Source: Octopus bimaculoides
Lineage: Eukaryota
Assembly (NCBI RefSeq): GCF_001194135.2
Contig: NC_068986.1
Span: 41,322,661 to 41,386,660 of the forward strand
Direction of reading: 5' to 3'
Length of the DNA: 64,000 bases
The notes under the pieces were generated by a model, which did not search any database, had not been told where the DNA came from, and saw only the letters and a list, made by a program, of their open reading frames with translations. Shown in pieces: positions 25,084 through 38,882 of this stretch (position 1 is its first letter; every line of letters begins with the position of its first letter). A program made the translations under genes and the position numbers.

Positions 25084-27699
25084 TCACATTGCTTTGAGTC
25101 AAGATTTCAGTGATGTGACTGTTTTTGAACGATATTGTAGGATAGATGTAAGAGGCTGGATCTTATTCTTATTTTGAATGTAAAATAATAGAATATTTCA
25201 GGTCAGATATAGATGGTTTAAATACTTGCAGTCAGTTATCTTAAAAACTGAACTCTGTTGATTTTCCTTTGTATCAGTTATCTTTTCAGTTTAGATTTAA
25301 TATTACTTTTACTTCTCTCGTTGCTTAACTGAATATTCTATAATGAGTAAGTGTTGTAGAATTCAATAGGCACATTGTTAAAAGTCTTAGTTTGGGCAGT
25401 TTAGTTCAATTTCCTTATTATGGGTTAATTTCAGAAGTGCATTCAGTTTCAATAAGAAAATTCTTCTAACAAGTTTCCCTTATCTTCCACAGTACCTTTT
25501 CATTTCATAATATTGTGGTAGATTTTCCTCCCTATTGTTCATTTTCAGATGTTATTTCTAAAATCTGTTCTCTCATCATTGCTATTTTCTATTGAATTTG
25601 TTGCAGATGTTTCTGTTTGTTTCTCCCCTTTCCATAGACCAGTATTAAGTATCAAATGTTTGCATTCTTCTTAAATCTGCTGGCAATATCTCACAGATTT
25701 TGAACAGTCATGTGATGGTGTTTTGGAAACTCTTGGTTCCATGCCACTTTTAATCTGGTCATGAATACTCTGCCTTTTCTTCATTCATTTCCATCCTCAA
25801 TACTGCAATATTTTTATATTAGTAGTTCATGTAATGTAATAGCTTCTATTATGTTTCTTTTGCACTAGTTTATTGGATTTTCTCTATTTCATCCAAGAGA
25901 ACAACTATACTTCACAACTCTTCTCTAAATGTATGCATTATTATTAGTTGGCAGAAAGTTCATTACCTATTAAGTCCTGCCTCTCAACATTATGAGTTCA
26001 AATTCTGCCAAGATTATCTTTGCTTTTCAACCTATTGGCGACATTAAAATAAGTATGAGTAATAAATATACTGGCATCAAATCAGTCAATTACACCCCCC
26101 TCCAGCAAAAATTAGCCTTGTCTCTAATCAAAAAAATTTCCATCCTTTATCATTACTACCATTTTTATTAATTTATTATTCCTATTTATAGTCATTGTGC
26201 CTGTTTGTTTGCAAAAGAAAACAAATATCTATTTTACTAATAACTCTTACTTCTGATTTCTTATTTATTCATTTTTTTTTTTTTTTTTTAAATGCCCTGT
26301 AATGTTGTAAATATATTTTTGGTGACCTTGTAGCAATTAAATAAATCATCATTGTTGCTGTTGTAGGAACTCATCACTATCTTGAAATTTATGAAAGCTG
26401 TAGTAGTTCCCTCACTCTTTCTCTCTCTCTCTCTCTCTCACACATACACTTGCTCACCTACTCACAAATTTAGTGTTAACTTAACCAGTTCCAGTTTGGT
26501 TGTTAAGAGCATAAATTATTTAGACAGAAAATATGTAATAACTTTTTTCATTAATGTATCTTCTTTACTTAGTATCACTGATCCTGTTTCTAAATATGTG
26601 GTCATATGACTTGAACTCCATTTTAGGCACAGACATTTTGAGATTAAGTAAATGAATAAATATAGATGAGGATACTATTAAGATTTGACATCCAGAAATT
26701 ACAGCTTAGAGTTTGCTCTATTAAAAATGCTTCAAAATTCTTTCCAATTAATCTCTTTTTCTCTTTCTCAATTTTGACTTATGACTAAAAAAATTTCCTA
26801 AAGCAACTGTTACCAAAATTGACAGGCTTGGGTGTTTTAAGGGCTAGAAAAGTTAACTCAAAATAGACGATATATAGCTAGACAATTTTCATCACTTGGC
26901 TTGTGTTTCTGAGTCAATATCATCATCGTCTTTTGTAGCTAAAATAATAAATATTAGTTTTAATAAATAAATATTTAGTCACACTGTGAGTCTAATTTCA
27001 TGAACATGATTCCATATATTTATATATGAACACATGCTGTTATGATACTCTAATAATTAGTACCAATTTTAAACTTGTTAAGTTGTAAAATTAGCCCTTT
27101 CTCTAAGAGAAACAAGTTATATTGGTTTTTATATCTGTATGGATTGATGGTTACTAGAATTTTACATAAATTGTTGAAGTAGACATTTAAAAAAATAGTT
27201 TGTTTATTTTTTTATAACATCCATAAATAGCTTTTGATAAACATTTCAAAGCTTTCATCGAACATGTTACTATTTCGTTTGACTCACAAGTATTGAAGAG
27301 TAACAGTTACAGATATCCTCTTATGTTGAATGCATGGTTGCTCTTTGATTCACAATCAAGATCATTTTGTTTCACTTAAGCTTTTAATACTTTTAATATA
27401 ATCATGATGACTCAGAAGTGGAGTATTTAATAGACACTTTTCATTATCTAGTTTCTTTTGATTTGATTGCATTTCCTTTATCTATAAGTGAATGGTATGT
27501 ACCTCTTTGTATTAACTCTAATATTTTACAGGTACTCAATTTATTGACTCTGCCCTTGTGTCATACAAGGAAAATGTGGTTAGTTGTGTAACTGTGTGCC
27601 TTTCTCAAGGCTCTAAATAACATATATGAAGTAAAATTGCAACAACCAGAAATCAAAATTGAATCACAGACACAACTCCACTTCTACACCATTATTAGT

Positions 27700-28790
27700 A
27701 GACTTTAATCTACTAAATAACATTCTACCACATCTAACTTCATAATCATTTGGCAGACAATACAGTGAGTATAATAGTAGGAGATAAACTGACAGTAAAC
27801 CAAGTCCACACCGACATATGGTGGGTGCAATACAAATTCATTGGAAGGGACTTGGATTTGGTGCAGGTCGGTTCAGACAGTTTGCTAGTTGCATAGTGAA
27901 TGCAGATTTGTTAGCAATTGTCAAAACAAGGGGAACAGAGAGAGGAGAGCTTCATTTGATCCAATGTGCTCAAGGACAGATGACGAAATAGGAAGAACAT
28001 GTTGTTGAGAGAAAAATAAGTTGGAATGAGATATGGAGGTGGACTACATCACAGCGAAGTTTTCTGATTCATTCATCTTATGATGTCTTGTCATTGCCTA
28101 CAAATCTAGTAAGATGGCACATCTCAGAAAATGATATATACAAATGTGGAAAAGTCAGAACACTGAAACATATTCTTTCCAACTGTTCACTGGCATTAAA
28201 TAGATATACATGGAGACAGAATCTGGTTCTTAAGGTTATCTTCAATGCTATAAAGAACCAAATTGTTCTCATCAACAGTGAAAAAACCATTGAAAGTACC
28301 AAGCAGAGATTTCATTACTTTCATGCGCTCAGGACGACAGATCCATTTCAAGAAGAAACTTCCTATGAGCAATGAAAAGTGGAACGTCTTTTGGGAGGTG
28401 GCTGAAGATTTACCAGGGTGCTGAGGATTCTTTCCCATCCCAGTTACGAAAAAAATGGGTATTATAATGTGGTGTAAAAGAAAGAAAGTGGTAAATCTAG
28501 TCGAGTTAACTGTTCCGCATGAAGATAATATGGATGCTGCTCGCTCTTGAAAGATTGACCATTATGTAAACCTCTTTGAGGTATGTGAAGACACAGGCTG
28601 GAAAGTGGAGCATTTTCCAATCGAAATCAGATGTAGAGGATTTGTTGGACACTGTTGTTATCATTAGACCTATCTCATCGTAAAGCAAATACCACCATGA
28701 GCAATATCCAAACTACAGTGGAAAAAGCTAGCCACTGGATTTGGTTAAAAAGAGACAATGAGTGATGGCTAGAAGAATATTGAGCTATAT
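27700..28790 (+). mobile_element. 3' fragment of an RLE-type non-LTR retrotransposon (HERO/NeSL-like)
   Basis: ERKISWNEIWRW..FLIHSSYDVLSLPTNLVRW, zinc-knuckle remnant KCGKVRTLKHILSNC..RYTWRQNLVL, and restriction-like endonuclease remnant IIMWCKRKKVVNLVELTVPHEDN..GWKVEHFPIEIRCRGFV, with stops and frameshifts. Confidence 0.82.
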
Positions 28791-31700
28791 CTGATAACCA
28801 ATTGATCTAGCAAGCACGGCCTCATGTGGGTGGGGGTGGGGGGCAGTGTGCAATGATGCTGTTGAGCAGTAGGCTCCAAAATGGTGGGCATTCTCTCCTG
28901 ATGCCCCCATACACTTACTGGCTTCTGGTATGCAGAGCTTTCGACTAGTAGCATTTTCATGTGCAAGTTGTTTGCAAAACATCTTCCATTTACCCTTTTC
29001 ATCAATCTTAAGCTTTGTGGCTTATTAGAGAGGACACTGGGGAACTACTTCAGTGAAGCTTCCTTAGTACAATATGACAGCATCTGGAAGTAGATACATT
29101 ACATATATATATATACACATACATACATATGTAAGAAAAGCGGTGTGGGGGGCGGAATAGTCATTACAGTACACAAGTCCTACTAAATACCCTCCTCAAC
29201 AAACATGAAAGCATAACTAACAGTCACTTCAGCGAAGTTTTTCTCTTGAGAGTGTCTTTCATAGAATATATTCACCTTTCAGATCAACCGTATATTGAAT
29301 ACTGTCCATGCTGGTTTCATCACACACTGTCTTCAGTTGTGTTGGTTGTATTTTCTCAATTTCCCTTTGCAGACAGTTGAATGTGGCACTGTGATGTTAG
29401 ATAACTAGCACCCCAGTGTCAAGTATGGCTTGCTCCTTGCTATGTAAGCGTGGTCTGATTTTTTGGATATGTAGCTAACTCAACCCTTCTCAAATATTTT
29501 TTGAGATCTTTTTCTTCAAGTAAATGTGAAGCACTTTATCTCTTAATTTTTTTTCTTTGTAGTTGTTTCTTCAGTATTTATAGTTGTTTATACAAGAAAG
29601 AATCATCTCATTTGAACTATTTCATATGTGCAATATTTTCTCCTTTTTTGTTTCTCTTCTTTCATTAACGATATTCTGAATTGTGCGTGTTTGAATAGGA
29701 GAAAATGTGCCTGTAGCTTTTGTACACCTTATACTGGTTTCTGGTAATACAGTAAATTTCCAATTTGTATTGTGTTAGATCAGTATTTGAAGTAAAAATT
29801 TATATGGGATGAAATTTTCAATGGGATGCAAATGGAGTGAAAAGATTATACCTGGGCTTTCAGATGATATTGAATAGGATTTGTAGGGAGACAGATGATT
29901 GCATTTAGTGAGCCTTTGTGAGCCTAAACACTTCACATCAAATATTCTCTCTATATAAATATATCTTTTATCAGTGTTTGATTAAAAGCTGCTGCGACCC
30001 ACATTTGATAAGATTAACTTGAGGAAGAAAGGAATATGGAAGTGTCAGATTAATAAATTCTTTCGAATTTTCTGTGTAATATAAACAAACTGGGAAAATG
30101 GGTTTTTTAGTTGATTGTTATTGAAATTGTTCAGAAGTTTCTTTAAATTAAAGAGTTTTTGTAAGTGGTAGGCAAGACACAGTCATGGCTATTGATCTTA
30201 GGATGTAGAAATAAGGAAACAATTAGCAAATTGTGAAGCTGAGGTCAATTAAATGATGCACTGAGGAAATACAAATGACAAGAAGCTGAGTGCTAGAATT
30301 TTTCATATTGTTAAATATTAAAATAAATATCAGAATATTTCTAGGTTTGGGAAATTTTTCATTTTGATATACAAACAGCTGGTTCACATTTCTTCGATTA
30401 CAACCTTTTTGGGTTGTAAAAATATAACATTGATTTATTTAAATTCAGTTCTATTTGACAAGAGACTTGAGTATAGTTGAAAGTATTTAAAGAGTTATTG
30501 AAGATTTTTCTTAATAATAGATTATAAGATGTGGTTGTTATAATATCCTGTTTCATTGACAAGATGATGCAAATAAGAGTTAAACAGAAATATTCAGTTG
30601 TGTCAACCATTCCAACTAATGCTAACTGAAAAAAAGCAGAGGAAATATTGGTAACATTCGGTAATTTGTTTATGTGTGTGTGTATGATTATAGAAGTGAG
30701 TTCATAGACATGCCTTGTAATTATCTTACATTTTCTTATTAAATCCAAATCTCACCATTATTTTTTTTTTATTGTATGAACTATAGACTAATAGCAACAT
30801 TCATAATTTACTGAAATGTTGTCTTAACATTGTAATATCAATTCCAGTACATTTAGATGACATGGTCCAAAGTTGTTCATAAGATCAAGCATACCAGTAA
30901 TTATTAACATTGGCTTCCAGTTTTAACGAGAACTAATTTTGCTTAAATTTTCTTACCAGAACTATTATTTATGAGGTATAAGGATTCAAAAGACTTTATC
31001 TTAGATCATGATGATCTTGAACTGGCTAGCTTGTCACCTAAACATTATTACTTGGTAGTTTTGTGGGTGTTTTTTAAGGACCAGGATAATATTTAACTGC
31101 ATAGGATTAAAATGAATAGCCAATATGATGGTGTCAAACATAATATCAGTTCTACTTTTACAAATCTGCCTTCTGACCAGGGTTCATTTTTGCTTTTGTA
31201 TTTAGTCATTGAAGTGATGGTATGAGGCCTGAAATCATTAATATTACCAGTTACAACTAGATCAACTAAATTGTATTTGTTTGCACACCCGTGTGACTTT
31301 AAGGTTTCTTTTCTGTAATTCAATGATTTTACAGTGTATTTTGTAATTCAATGATTTTACAATAACTCAGTATCACAGTAAAGATAGTCAGGTGCTGTGA
31401 CTTAGCATAAAATTAATGTCTGTATTGTGAAACACAACACTGGTGCCAGCTGTCTGCTATAAGCTCAACTATAGACCATAGCAATGAACAACAATTCCTG
31501 CTCTTATAACTTTACTATTCAAACTTTCTCTCACTGTCAAATGTTACATAGAGTAAGGAGGAGACTTTCTTATGTCACTTAGCTCTGAAATGTTTCAAAG
31601 ATAGTGAATAGATAAAAATATAGTTGTGAAAGGTTACTTGTAATATTAGCACTTTTTTTCTTTCTTTTTGAAGCTCTTTATTTTTCATTTTAACCCAATT

Positions 31701-32669
31701 AATGCCAACCTAGTTGACACTGCCCCAGGGCATATAATACAAAACATTACTTGATTTAAAATGTTCATATTAAATTAAAACTTTCCACCATTATTTTGCA
31801 TAAAAAACTTTTCTTTTACATACATTCTAAATATCAACTTAAGTAAATAGTTATTTTATTAAATTCCACCAAATTCTTGATTATTTTCAAGATTAATTGA
31901 AATTCACATACAGAATACTTCATAAACAAAATATGAATATGAAAGGGTTGAACTACATATGTTAACTAAATAGTTATAGTAACATCACCTTAAAATTGCA
32001 GACTTCTGTTTGACACCCACACATACCATTTAATCATCATTATCTTCGTTTTAACGTTCACTTTTCTATGCTCACAAGGGTTTGATGGAATTTTAGGCAG
32101 ATTTTTTACATCCCTTCCTGTTGCCAATCTTCAGCTCTTTCCAAATAAAGTAATATTCATATGTTGTGATGGAGAAAAACACAAGAGTACAAGAGTATTA
32201 TTATAAATCACCATCCCACTTCCATTGCATACACACACACACCTCCCCTTTTACATACACACACACATATACTCACACAGAGTTGAAACACTTTGATTTT
32301 ATTTTTCACCCCTTCCTTTCTCATTCAGATGTTGTGATGGAGAAAGACACAAGAGTATTATTATAGTAGATTCTTTGTAATATTACAAGAAAAAAAACCC
32401 CACTTGTTCACACATTCTACAACAAAACCTCTTACATGTACATACACACACTTGTCTAGATTTCTTAACCCATGGCAATGGCAAATATGAAACTGATGGT
32501 GTATTGAAATCTTCAAATTTTAAGAGTGGTAGTGATGTATATATATATAGGATTACTTGTGTACCCACACAAGTAATCTCCAGGAGTGCCTTCGGATTTA
32601 ACTATCCCCTGGTTGCTTAGATACTTCAGACTACCCCTGAAATATTGAAGCAATCCTATTATATACCTA

Positions 32670-32698
32670 TTTATATATATATATATATNNNNNNNNNN

Positions 32699-32783
<85 letters not shown>
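32670..32783. repeat. (TA)n/(CA)n compound microsatellite with a 10-N gap
   Basis: Directly visible. Confidence 0.9.
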
Positions 32784-32787
<4 letters not shown>

Positions 32788-33403
32788 TACAAGTGAGTGT
32801 GTAGTGGGACATAGTCCTTAAATGCTTAGGATGTGTGGAAACTAGAAAAAAAATATGAAGCAAGCATGCTTCACTGGATATATGATATTAGTGTGCATGA
32901 CAGTATTAAAGAGCTGAGAGAAAAATGGATGTAAGAGGAATTGAATGTAATGTGCAAGGGAGAAGACTGCAATAGCATGACCATGTGATATGATCATCAC
33001 ATAAAGAAGTGTCACATACTCAAAATGAATGATACCTGTGAAAGACATGGGACAAATTGGTGAAGACTGATCTCAAGAGGTTACATCTCATGGAGAGATG
33101 ATGATGGCCTGTTTTAATTAGTAATTTGTGATGTGACCAACAAAGCAAGAATGGTGATTCAAAATTCATAAAAAGTGGTAGTGATGTAAATCTAGATATA
33201 TGCACCATTAAGTCTACTGTTGCTTCTCACACTTTGTCACCCTCTCATTTTCTCATCACTCACTTTCCTATCACCCTTGCTGCACATTAATGCAGGACCT
33301 TCCCACACGCTGTTCCTCCATCATCCTTCTCTTCACTTGGCCTCTATCACTCAAGCTGGACCATCTCAAAGTCTGTTTTAGAGGAGACTACATTGGACCA
33401 CAT

Positions 33404-33786
33404 TGTTGTTGGCACTCCGTTGCTTACGACGTCGAGGGTTCCAGTTGATCCGATCAACGGAACAGCCTGCTCGTGAAATTAACATGCAAGTGGCTGAGCA
33501 CTCCACAGACACGTGTACCCTTAACGTAGTTCTCGGGGATATTCAGCGTGACACAGTGTGACAAGGCTGACCCTTTGAAATACAGGCACAACAGAAACAG
33601 GAAGTAAGAGTGAGAGAAAGTTGTGGTGGAAGAGTACAGCAGGGTTCACCACCATCCCCTGCGGAAGCCTTGTGGAGCTTTAGGTGTTTTTGCTCAATAA
33701 ACACTCACAACACCCGGTCTGGGAATCAAAACTACGATCCTATGACCGCGAGTCCACTACCCTAACCACTGGGCCATTGCGCCTCC
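33404..33786 (-). mobile_element. Full-length tRNA-derived SINE with 14-bp TSD
   Basis: Minus-strand head ggaggcgcaatggcccagtggttagggtagtggactcgcggtcataggatcgtagttttgattccc (A/B boxes) and (AAC)n tail. Flanked by acattggaccacat at 33390-33403 and 33787-33800. Confidence 0.93.
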
Positions 33787-33819
33787 ACATTGGACCACAT
33801 ACACTCAATACATTCTACC

Positions 33820-34330
33820 TCTTCTTCCCCTTCTGTATTGCCTGTCATCTGTTTGCTATCATCCTTTTGCTCTTTTACTTCAACACATTCAGATCTCTGT
33901 CCTTGCTCCAATCTCCTGGAACACATTGCCTTCTATTGTTATCCTTTCTTGGCTATGTTGTCTCTCTTTGTCTGCCATCATACTCTTGCTCCTTTCCTCC
34001 TTCACATCCCAGATCTCTGTCATCTTTTCACCTTTTGTCATTTCCCTACCTGCCTAGCCAAGTTGCCTTGATTACACATGTACATCTCAATAAACTGACT
34101 ACAACCCATTTTGAAGTCTATATACAAAATCCTACACTGAACCGAATCTGCCAGTATGCTCTACTTTCAACCATCCTTCTTATTCTGCCTGTCATCACTC
34201 TGCTTGGCTTCATCTGCTATCATACTCTTGCTCCTTTTCTTCTTCACATCTGTATCTCTAATATTGCTCTTATCTCCCGGAACACATTGCCATATATTAT
34301 TCTCTATCTACTTAGCTATGCTGTCTCAGA
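33820..34330. repeat. Degenerate pyrimidine-rich tandem repeat (about three partial copies)
   Basis: Recurring ctgcctgtcatc...ctgctatcatactcttgctcc...cttcacatc...atctc(c)tggaacacattgcc at ~33830, 33970 and 34185. Confidence 0.7.
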
Positions 34331-36351
34331 ATGTACCTGTCTTAAAATACTAAGTGCCTTTATCACTCAGTCCCTATATCATGCATCCCTTTTAACACCA
34401 TCATTTATGCTTCTATCAGCCATACCTCTGACTCTTTAAAGAGGTTGGTGAGTAAATATGTGCAGTTCTGAGCTCCTGTCAGGCATGTTGTGGACATGGA
34501 TATCTCTCTAGTGTTGGTGTCTCAAAAAATGTGCTCAGTATACTCATAAAAGTGTATAGTTACCTTGTCAAGGACATGACTCATTTTTAGTGCTGGTGCC
34601 AAGAAAAGTAATGCAATACATTCTGTAAAGTGGTTTGTGTTTGGAAAGGCATCCAACCATTGAAACTGAATCAAAAATGAAATGCATTAGCAAGATGTGG
34701 TACTCCAATTCATCTTGGTAAGCAGTTCACTCGAATACATACTGAATATGTACTTATTCTGATCAGAGTAAGCCATCCAACCCCTATCATCATGGAAAGT
34801 AGTGCATTTAGAACTACATTATTCACTGTGCCCAGTTTTGAAGACAATAGGATGTAACTTGACTGCTACTACTAGCAGTTTGAGTGATCATGTAGAAGCT
34901 TCTTCTCATTGGTTTGCATCACTATTTATTGTTAGACATGCTATCATAAGATGTAGAATTTGTGGTCTCATTTTAAAGATGGTTAAAAATTTGTGAAAAA
35001 TAATTTTAGCTGCTACATTGTGAAAGTAGCCCAACTATATAGCAACTCATTTATTAGCTCAATGCAGTGGTAGTAAATAGGGAGTGTTTACAAAAATTCA
35101 AATTTAGATCAGGTATCTAGGATATAAGCCACAGCAGGTAAGATAAAAACAGCTGCAGATATTAAGCTGTTATAAATTAAACAGAAATCTACTTCATCCA
35201 TGACAACATGGTTAAATGGACACTAACCCAAGAAGTGTGATGATAGTGATTCTGTTTTTAAACTCTTGAACTTTGATTGACCTTTTCATGTCTAAAGTTA
35301 TTTCTGTTATAATCTGTCAGCTGTTATGCTACCACTGTTTTAAATGCAGATTGATACATGCATTCTGATCCTTCATTCATAGTTCATCATTGAAGCAGTT
35401 GGATATACTGATGATGATTGACAACCATGCAAAACAGCTTAATAATAATAATAATAGTGGTTGTGGTGGCAGCGATGGTGGTGGTGGTGGTGGTGGTGAT
35501 GTAAAAAAAAAAAGTGGGGGAAATATTTTCACCAGAACACACAGCTGTTACTTTTATATTTTTATGTAACTATCATTCTTAGATCACTTAGCAGTGAAGA
35601 AAAACACTAGAGAAGGCAAATGATCAATCAATAAAATGCATATTTCTGCCATGAATGCAACTTGTTTGAATAAAAGACCATCTTCTTTAGACTACATGAA
35701 TGTACATGTGTATGCACATACAATATACCAAGTGGAATGGAGGAGAAAGTGTTAAACTTAGCATGCTAACGTTCTGTCTTCTTCAATTTCTATGTTTTAA
35801 ATTGAAAGTGGTTATAATATTTTGAAGTGGTGAGGGAATTTTTTTCGTAAGTGAAAAAAAATATATTGCAAAATTTTCACTTTAAGGCTTTTGGCTAACA
35901 TGTTAGTTGATATAAAAATAACATTTTTCATTATTAATATTTTTCCATTTTTTTTTTTATGGAGCTGTCCTCTATTTATGTTTTATTTTAATAAAGTAAT
36001 ATAATGTTATTTCTTAACATTTTAAACTTTAATATACAAATTTTTAAAATCAAATTGCAGTAAGGAATATATTTACTGTGTGTGTGCACATGTGTGTGTG
36101 AGTTAATACCCCAGAGGAAATTATTTTTGAAGGAATCTTTAGTTGTGTGTGTGTAATATTATAGGTTATAATTGGAATGCTAGGTTTCCAATATATATAT
36201 TTAAATTAGACTTTAAGATATAGGATTCTCATGCCTTTACCAATGTACACATGAATAAATCTGTTTATTTATATATTCATATTTTTTTTTCAGACATCTG
36301 TAAAGTGCCTAGAAGCAGGCTGTAACAATTTCTATTCAAAACGTATGTATA

Positions 36352-36360
36352 CTCTCTCTT

Positions 36361-36450
<90 letters not shown>

Positions 36451-36452
36451 TC
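36352..36452. repeat. (CT)n microsatellite
   Basis: Directly visible. Confidence 0.95.
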
Positions 36453-37872
36453 TCCTTGCAGCAGTTTATTTGTTTTAACATAGTTTTCTTTTTTCTTATT
36501 TATGAAGCATTACTTTTTTTTTTATGATTATTGAAATTTATAATGATAGGAAGCCCCAAAGGATCCAAGATAACATGTAGTTAACAATCTTTTCCAGAAG
36601 CAGTATTCTTAGCAAGAATTTAGGAATATTGAGTTTACTTGCTCATCTTCACCCATTCCTTTAAGGAAATTATTATAATGAGTGCACAAATAGATATGTT
36701 TCTTATAAGAGATGTTCTAGTGTTGTTTACCTAGAGCAACAAATTGGCAGTCATTCGAATGTCTGGTAGAAAACCTTGTATTTGTTTTGGAACCTCTGCA
36801 CTCTGACTTCAAATCCTGCCAATGTCAATTTAGCGTTTTATCTTTCTGGGGTTACAAAATAAAGTACTAAATATTGGGGTCAATTCCCCATCTCTCTCTG
36901 AATTGACTACACTATACCATGAAAAGGGTCATGGAAAATTTCTTACACCATCCCATTCTTTAGAAATGGATGAGCTGAGTAAGGGGTTAAGCAACTTCTT
37001 CTTATAGAAAAACTACATGGAACAGAAATATATGTAATTTAAAGTTTATTTCTTAACAATAACTGCATTATTCTATGCTTAATTATTAAATTTTCAATAG
37101 TGTGTATTAAGCTCATTATCCAAAATAGATAAAACTCTTCTCTTTGTATGCCTCAATAAAATTTGGTCAATAAAAAAGAAATTGTATGCAAGGTGGTTAA
37201 GCAAATAAATTGAACTATGTAAACAAATTTGTTTATGTTGGCATGGATATATAAAAATGCATGTAAATTGAGAAAGTGCTAGATAAGAACAAAGAAACAA
37301 AAAACAAAATATTGGATTTAAGAAGAGTGAACCAATTTGATGAAATGATTCAAAACTGTAAAAGATGCTTATGTCATTGTAGATCCACTCAAATTCATAT
37401 CAAGAAAACAAAATGCATATTTCAATTTATTAAATGTAACAGAGAATTTTGTGACTGGTAGTTTTAGAACTGGTCACATGTGGGTACAAATTTTATTTCA
37501 AATAATAACTGTACAAAACACTACACTGTATTTTATTTTTATATGATTTTAGTCAGAAAGAAGAGAATAAGCTTACAACTTTCACAGGCCCTCTAAGATT
37601 GGTCAGATTGGTGCAAATGATGGTAAGCTTGATCAGCTGTAAGTATACAACAGCAAAGAAAATATGTGCTATGTAGGAGATACCAGAGGTTTAATATTTG
37701 GGAAGGAAGGATTTAGTCATGGTGGTTAGTGTAGGGTCTGGGAAGTGAGACATAGAACAGATGAGAGGGATAGCAGTGAATCTATTGGGTGAGCTGGGGT
37801 GGAAGTAATATGCAACTATACAGTCTCTCCTTCCTCTGATTTATTATTTTTCCTTTTCATTCTATTTTCCAG

Positions 37873-38105
37873 ATGAACTGAGGCGTTGTTTGCCTGCAAT
37901 GATAGTGGATATTCTTGAAGAAGTTCTTGAACAATATTATGTTGATTTCATAACAAATATGCTAATGAAATCCTATTCTCCAAGTGATACCTCTGTGGGG
38001 CCTGATAATGAAATGACTGTAGGAGAACTTGAACGTCCTCGAAAGCGGTTAGCAATCAGTTATGATAGCTTACCAGAAAACTGGGTTGAAATGGAATCAA
38101 AATTT
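37873..38105 (+). CDS. SIM-RING-PARP gene exon (233 nt): post-RING helix, NLS-like RPRKR, pre-PARP LPENWVEM motif
   Basis: Acceptor ttctattttccag| (phase 1) and donor TTT|gtaagt (phase 0). Encodes ELRRCLPAMIVDILEEVLEQYYVDFITNMLMKSYSPSDTSVGPDNEMTVGELERPRKRLAISYDSLPENWVEMESKF. Confidence 0.88.
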
Positions 38106-38736
38106 GTAAGTATTTGAAGAAATAAAATGCAAAAATATTTTTCTGACATTCAATAGTTGAAAACTGTAACTAATCCTTTCTTAACATTTGTTCTTCATTT
38201 GAAATATTTAAAGCACTTTCAGTTATTGATAGCCACCCAGTACCACTTAATTTTCATCTTTTATCAAATAGATTGGTGATGTAAATTTATGAAATATAGC
38301 ATGAATTAAGTAACCATTTTTATATATGTGTTCACAACAAATCCCTTCTTGGATTCTACTGTATGACTACTTCTTAGAGAATCAAAGTTGTTTTATGTTG
38401 CAAGTATAAAAATGACACTATGGTTAAATTGTTGTCCTCAACAGAAGCTGATTCCCTACAAGCTTTGAGCAACTTTTTAAAATTGTGTTGATTTTTGTAA
38501 ATCATAATACATGGCAGTAAGAATTAAAAATGATTATGCAGTAAGGATAGAGAAAAAGAAAACATTAGCTCAGTGACTGGTGAAATTAGTCATTGAGCTA
38601 ATATTGTCTTTTCCTCACTGCATAATTATTTTTAATTTGTTTCATGTTAACACTAACTTAACTATTGTTTTTCATGCAGATGGTCTCTGAGTTATATATT
38701 TCTTTAAAGAAATAACTGTTCCTTTTGTTTTTTCAG

Positions 38737-38882
38737 AGTAATCAGCTATTCGTTTTGGATTCTGATTCTCAAGAATATGTCAATGTGTCTAGAATGTTTT
38801 TGTCTTCAATGCATTATCCAGCCACTGAAATAGTACGAATCTCTCGAATCCAAAATCCTATTTTATGGAAATATTACTGCTT
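38737..38882 (+). CDS. SIM-RING-PARP gene exon (146 nt): start of the PARP catalytic domain
   Basis: Acceptor ccttttgtttttttcag| (phase 0) and donor TT|gtaagt (phase 2). Encodes SNQLFVLDSDSQEYVNVSRMFLSSMHYPATEIVRISRIQNPILWKYYCL, the S.EY..V...F and RIQN..LW signature. Absent from the ORF track (<60 aa). Confidence 0.93.

Noticed and set aside
33715-33786. tRNA-like sequence (also at 41835-41906 and 21090-21160)
   Set aside because: These are SINE heads continuous with SINE bodies and TSDs, not tRNA genes.
33684-34439. 251-aa hydrophobic ORF
   Set aside because: Starts inside an antisense SINE and continues through a pyrimidine-rich degenerate repeat; no splice or domain support.
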